Shown here piece by piece: positions 60,877 to 64,000 of a DNA stretch of 64,000 nucleotides. This DNA is from Deltaproteobacteria bacterium. GTDB taxonomy: Bacteria; Desulfobacterota; Binatia; UBA12015. How positions within the stretch are numbered: position 1 is the first letter of the stretch; each line of letters starts with the position of its first letter. The position numbers were made by a program, and so were the translations under genes. Location of the stretch: the NCBI GenBank assembly GCA_046583355.1, contig JAYGCM010000034.1, positions 1 through 64,000 of the forward strand, given 5' to 3'. The notes below the pieces were generated by a model. It did no database searches and was not told the DNA's origin. It was given only the letters and a program-made list of their open reading frames with translations.

Positions 60877-61336
60877 TCGCAGGCACGCATTCGTGCACTA
60901 CTATGTGTCTTGTCGGCGCAGGGCCGACTCCTCGTTAGCTGCAGAGCTGCCACATTTCGTCCGGAAAAATGCGGTATGCGTGGGCGTATGAGGGGGATGG
61001 AGAAGCGGGTTCTATAGGTTCTGTGTAGGGGGTGGTGCTGGTGCTGCTTTTTTTCGTAGGGATCGTAATTTCCGTGATCTACCGGCCTAGTGGATCCACC
61101 CGATCATCCAGAGGAGGAAATGCGTTCCGACAACAATAGAAGCGATTGCGAGAACCACGAGGAAGGAGGAGCGGTCGCGGCGTACCCCACGCCTTCGCGT
61201 GGGTGGGTGAAATTCAATCCGCACGGCCATCACGGACCATTAGAGCCGCAAAAGACAGGGCCTGTCAATCTCCGGCGCTATAGCGGCTTGCGTCATTGCA
61301 CGATCCGCGCGGCGCCATCGCGCACGATCGCAATGC

Positions 61337-61771
61337 TTATTCGCGATCTTCAGAGCGGCCGGGAAAAAGTTCGACAACCTTCGCTGGGCCCTCGCGCGGG
61401 ACCAGGCGAATATTCCCCTTGGCCCCCGCTGGCCGGACTCTTGCGGCGGCGCCGGGCAGCGGCGCCTCGTCCCCGGCGCTGGCCTCGCCTGCTTCGACGT
61501 CTGCAGCCGCTGCATGCACGGCACCGATCTCGGGCAGCCGTTCCAGACGCATCGGCTGGCCGCTCATGGTGAAATCCTTACCGTCGAGCTGCTCTTGCTC
61601 GAGGATCCAGGTGATCGGACGCGGCGGCACCGCCAAAAGCAGCAGGTCGCAATGAAACCAGCCCTCCAGCTCATGCGGCCGAATCGCCTCGACGCGGGCA
61701 AAGCCCGCCGGATTCCCGTCGGCTTGAATGAGAAGTAGATCTCCGGGCCCAGTATGGCGTTCGCTTGTCAC
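61337..61771 (-). CDS. Conserved-looking hypothetical protein
   Basis: GDLLLI...FARVEAI...GWF...LLLLAVP...TWIL...LDGKDFTMSG, resembling a deltaproteobacterial family as recalled; GTG start 61771. Confidence 0.7.
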   Translation of the reverse strand: MTSERHTGPGDLLLIQADGNPAGFARVEAIRPHELEGWFHCDLLLLAVPPRPITWILEQEQLDGKDFTMSGQPMRLERLPEIGAVHAAAADVEAGEASAGDEAPLPGAAARVRPAGAKGNIRLVPREGPAKVVELFPGRSEDRE

Positions 61772-61865
61772 AGCTCCGAGATTAGAGGCCGCGCGACAAT
61801 ATGCAAAGAGCGCCGGGCCAACACAGCCCTGCCGGTCGAAAGGAGGAGCCGATGCGAGAGGAGCG

Positions 61866-62654
61866 TCAGGTGTCTGCCAGCAGCGCGAAAATCTCGTCAC
61901 GCAGGGCTGGCGTCGTGCCGATGCCCGAGGCGCCGTGGATAGTCGTGCGCCCCTGCCAGTCGACAAAGAGCCCCCCGGCCTCGCTCAGAATCGGCACCAG
62001 GGGCGCGCAATCCCAAGGTGCGAGGAGCGGATCGAAGATCGCCTCGGCCTGGCCCATCGCGACCAGCGCGTAGCCATAGCAATCGCCCCAGCCCCGGTGG
62101 CGCCCGCATGCATCGAGCACGCGGGCAAAGCCTGGTGCCTTGGCGCCGAAATGGGCCGGCTTCGCGTCGGTTGTCAGAATGGTCGCATCGGCCAGTCGGT
62201 CGACCGCCGAGACCGAGATACGCTCGCCATCGCGCCACGCACCCCCGCCCTGCACCGCCCACAGGCTCATATCGAGTGCCGGGAAGCCCATGACGCCCAG
62301 CGGCACCGAGTCACCGATTTCGAGCCCGAGGAGAGTCCCGTAGAAGGGAACGCCGCGAATGAAGGATTGCGTCCCGTCGATCGGGTCGACGATCCAGCGC
62401 CGACCGCTGGTGCCGGGCTTCTCGCCATGTTCTTCGCCGAGGATCGCGTCGTCCGGAAAGGCCTCCGCCAGCCCTTCGCAGATCAGCGTCTCGGTGCGCC
62501 TATCGGCCACCGTCACGGGACTCTCGTCGGCTTTTGTTTCGACATCGAGATCCTTGCCGAAATATTCAAGCGTGAGGTCGCCAGCCCGGCGCACGAGCGC
62601 GCGAGCTACTTCGAGTTCCTTCTCCAGGTTCTGCATCTTCCAAGAGTCGCCCAT
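61866..62654 (-). CDS. hisN: Histidinol-phosphatase, inositol monophosphatase family
   Basis: KADESPVTVAD, LGEE, WIVDPIDGT, WGDCYGY, PWDCA. Confidence 0.88.
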   Translation of the reverse strand: MGDSWKMQNLEKELEVARALVRRAGDLTLEYFGKDLDVETKADESPVTVADRRTETLICEGLAEAFPDDAILGEEHGEKPGTSGRRWIVDPIDGTQSFIRGVPFYGTLLGLEIGDSVPLGVMGFPALDMSLWAVQGGGAWRDGERISVSAVDRLADATILTTDAKPAHFGAKAPGFARVLDACGRHRGWGDCYGYALVAMGQAEAIFDPLLAPWDCAPLVPILSEAGGLFVDWQGRTTIHGASGIGTTPALRDEIFALLADT

Positions 62655-62682
62655 GGGAGAGCCGCAGCGTCAACCCGGCCGA

Positions 62683-64000
62683 TCAATCGTAGATGCCATC
62701 CAGAAACCAAAGCGCGGCTCCCACCGGGGCGTCCAGGCGGCGGTAGATCCGCAGAAGCGCACCATCGTCAAGGTGCACATTGAAATAATCCCGACGACAG
62801 GGATCTGCCTTCCACCACTCTGCCTCGATGCGCCACGGCCCGGCGCAAATCCGCACCTGCCCGCAGACCGAAGCGCTGCGGAGACCGACGGGACGGCCTT
62901 GTTGGGTCTCTACCCGAAGCGCCATGGGCGGACGCAACGCACGCGGGGCCGGAGGTCCGCCCCGCGGCAGGCGTGCCCCCACCTCGACCGCCGCCGCCGG
63001 CGGTGGCCGAAAAGGCGCCAAGCCGACAGCCTCCGGACGATGTCCGGGTGGCGCTACCGGCCGCCCCACCCGCTCCTCGCCGCAGATGGCCGCCAGGCGG
63101 GCGAGCATTCCAGCAAGTTGTGCCGGCGGGGGTCCGGCCGGCCGAAAAAGGTCCAATTGCTCGGGGCGCGCCTCACCGGCGTGGGCCACAAGCGCAACCG
63201 ACTCGACCGCCGCGGTGGGCGGTGTCCCTTCCAGTGCCGAGCGCAGCAGACGCAGGAGGGTTTTGGCCTCGCGCGTGGGGGCCAGCACGCCGACCTTGCG
63301 CCGCTCCTCGCCGCCGCCGGCCAGCGCGAGTCGCAACTCCAGGCCGGCCACCGCAAGTGAGCGCACCTCGAGCCGAGCGAGCAGGCGATCGAGTACCCCG
63401 CGGAGAAGGAAAAGAAGCGCTTCAAGAGATTCGACGCCCCATTCCATATCGATGCCCTCAACCAACTCCAGGCCCGGCGCGCGCGGCCGCAATACCCGGC
63501 GCCCCTCCCCCCGTGCCGTCAGCCAGAGCCCGATGCCGGCACGACCCAGACGGGTGCCGACCTCTGCGCGCGCCACCTCGGCCAATGCGCCGATGGTGAT
63601 AATGCCCACCTCCGCCAACCATTCCCCAACCTCGGGCGGTGGCCGCAAGGCCACCAACGGGCGCTGCGCGAGCCAAGCGCGATCGCCACCTGGGCAAACC
63701 AAAATAGCGGCGCCCCGGCGATGCGCGCCGAGTTCGGCGGCGACCTGCGCCGTTTCCATCCGGTCGGCGACGCCGAGGCCCGGCAAAAAACCCACCCGCG
63801 CCACGCGCGCCGACAGGGCCGCCGCGAGCCCACCTGCCGAGCCGACAAGACGCTCCAGACCGGATGCATCCAGATAGACAAATTGCGTCGCGTCTTCTTC
63901 GAGATCCGGCAATTCCACATGCGGCGTGGTCGCCAAGGCGGCTTCCCAAAGAGCGTCCTGGGCGCCGCGCAACACGCCCGGGTCGATCGTACGCACGACC
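62683..64000 (-). CDS. imuB: ImuB-type Y-family polymerase homolog (partial, 5' end outside window)
   Basis: YLDASGL, GIITIGALA, QLDLF, C-terminal GPWRIEAEWW...RDYF...WFLDGIYD. Confidence 0.9.
   Translation of the reverse strand, partial: VVRTIDPGVLRGAQDALWEAALATTPHVELPDLEEDATQFVYLDASGLERLVGSAGGLAAALSARVARVGFLPGLGVADRMETAQVAAELGAHRRGAAILVCPGGDRAWLAQRPLVALRPPPEVGEWLAEVGIITIGALAEVARAEVGTRLGRAGIGLWLTARGEGRRVLRPRAPGLELVEGIDMEWGVESLEALLFLLRGVLDRLLARLEVRSLAVAGLELRLALAGGGEERRKVGVLAPTREAKTLLRLLRSALEGTPPTAAVESVALVAHAGEARPEQLDLFRPAGPPPAQLAGMLARLAAICGEERVGRPVAPPGHRPEAVGLAPFRPPPAAAVEVGARLPRGGPPAPRALRPPMALRVETQQGRPVGLRSASVCGQVRICAGPWRIEAEWWKADPCRRDYFNVHLDDGALLRIYRRLDAPVGAALWFLDGIYD

Noticed and set aside
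60936..60955. Possible sigma54 promoter TGGCAGCTCTGCAGC (minus strand) upstream of the pseudo-kinase
   Set aside because: GG-N10-GC spacing fits, but the -12 element lacks TTGC; too weak in GC-rich DNA.
60880..61336. Riboswitch or small ORF in the 450-bp gap
   Set aside because: The hydrophobic-looking frame is interrupted by stops, and no known RNA motif was recognised.
1..64000. CRISPR arrays, tRNA/rRNA genes, integrases, prophage genes
   Set aside because: None found by eye: no regularly spaced repeats, cloverleaf with T-loop, or intact recombinase ORF.

Overview
GC-rich bacterial chromosome segment. Gene order and content look Deltaproteobacteria-like (possibly Binatia or Myxococcota; this is inference only). 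Most of it is housekeeping: ffs-dnaX-ybaB-recR-secF, nadB, rimP-nusA-ylxR-infB-rbfA-truB-rpsO-pnp-M16-dut-purL-like-purF, comF-purN, grxC-pyrD, mazG, rpsT, yceD-rpmF-fabD-fabG-acpP-glyA-nrdR-ribD-ribBA-ribH-nusB/leuS-lptE-holA, lpxD, hisI-hisG, a sigma54 regulator cluster, hisN and a partial imuB. No CRISPR array, rRNA, tRNA or intact mobile element was seen. Highlights: (1) NusB is fused in frame through a Thr/Pro linker to a Thermus-like leucyl-tRNA synthetase that lacks the zinc-site cysteines; (2) several apparent pseudoenzymes sit in core operons (a PurL without its catalytic motifs, a RibBA with a degenerate RibB half, a sensor-less histidine kinase without ATP-binding boxes); (3) the fab and rib operons lack their usual plsX/fabH/fabF and riboflavin synthase genes; (4) a TPR plus cold-shock-domain protein follows purN; (5) a 12.7-17.3 kb zone and an IS3 scar hold internally deleted gene remnants; (6) two small ORFs are missed by the ORF track, and one gene probably starts at ATT. 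Family assignments come from recalled motifs, not database searches.
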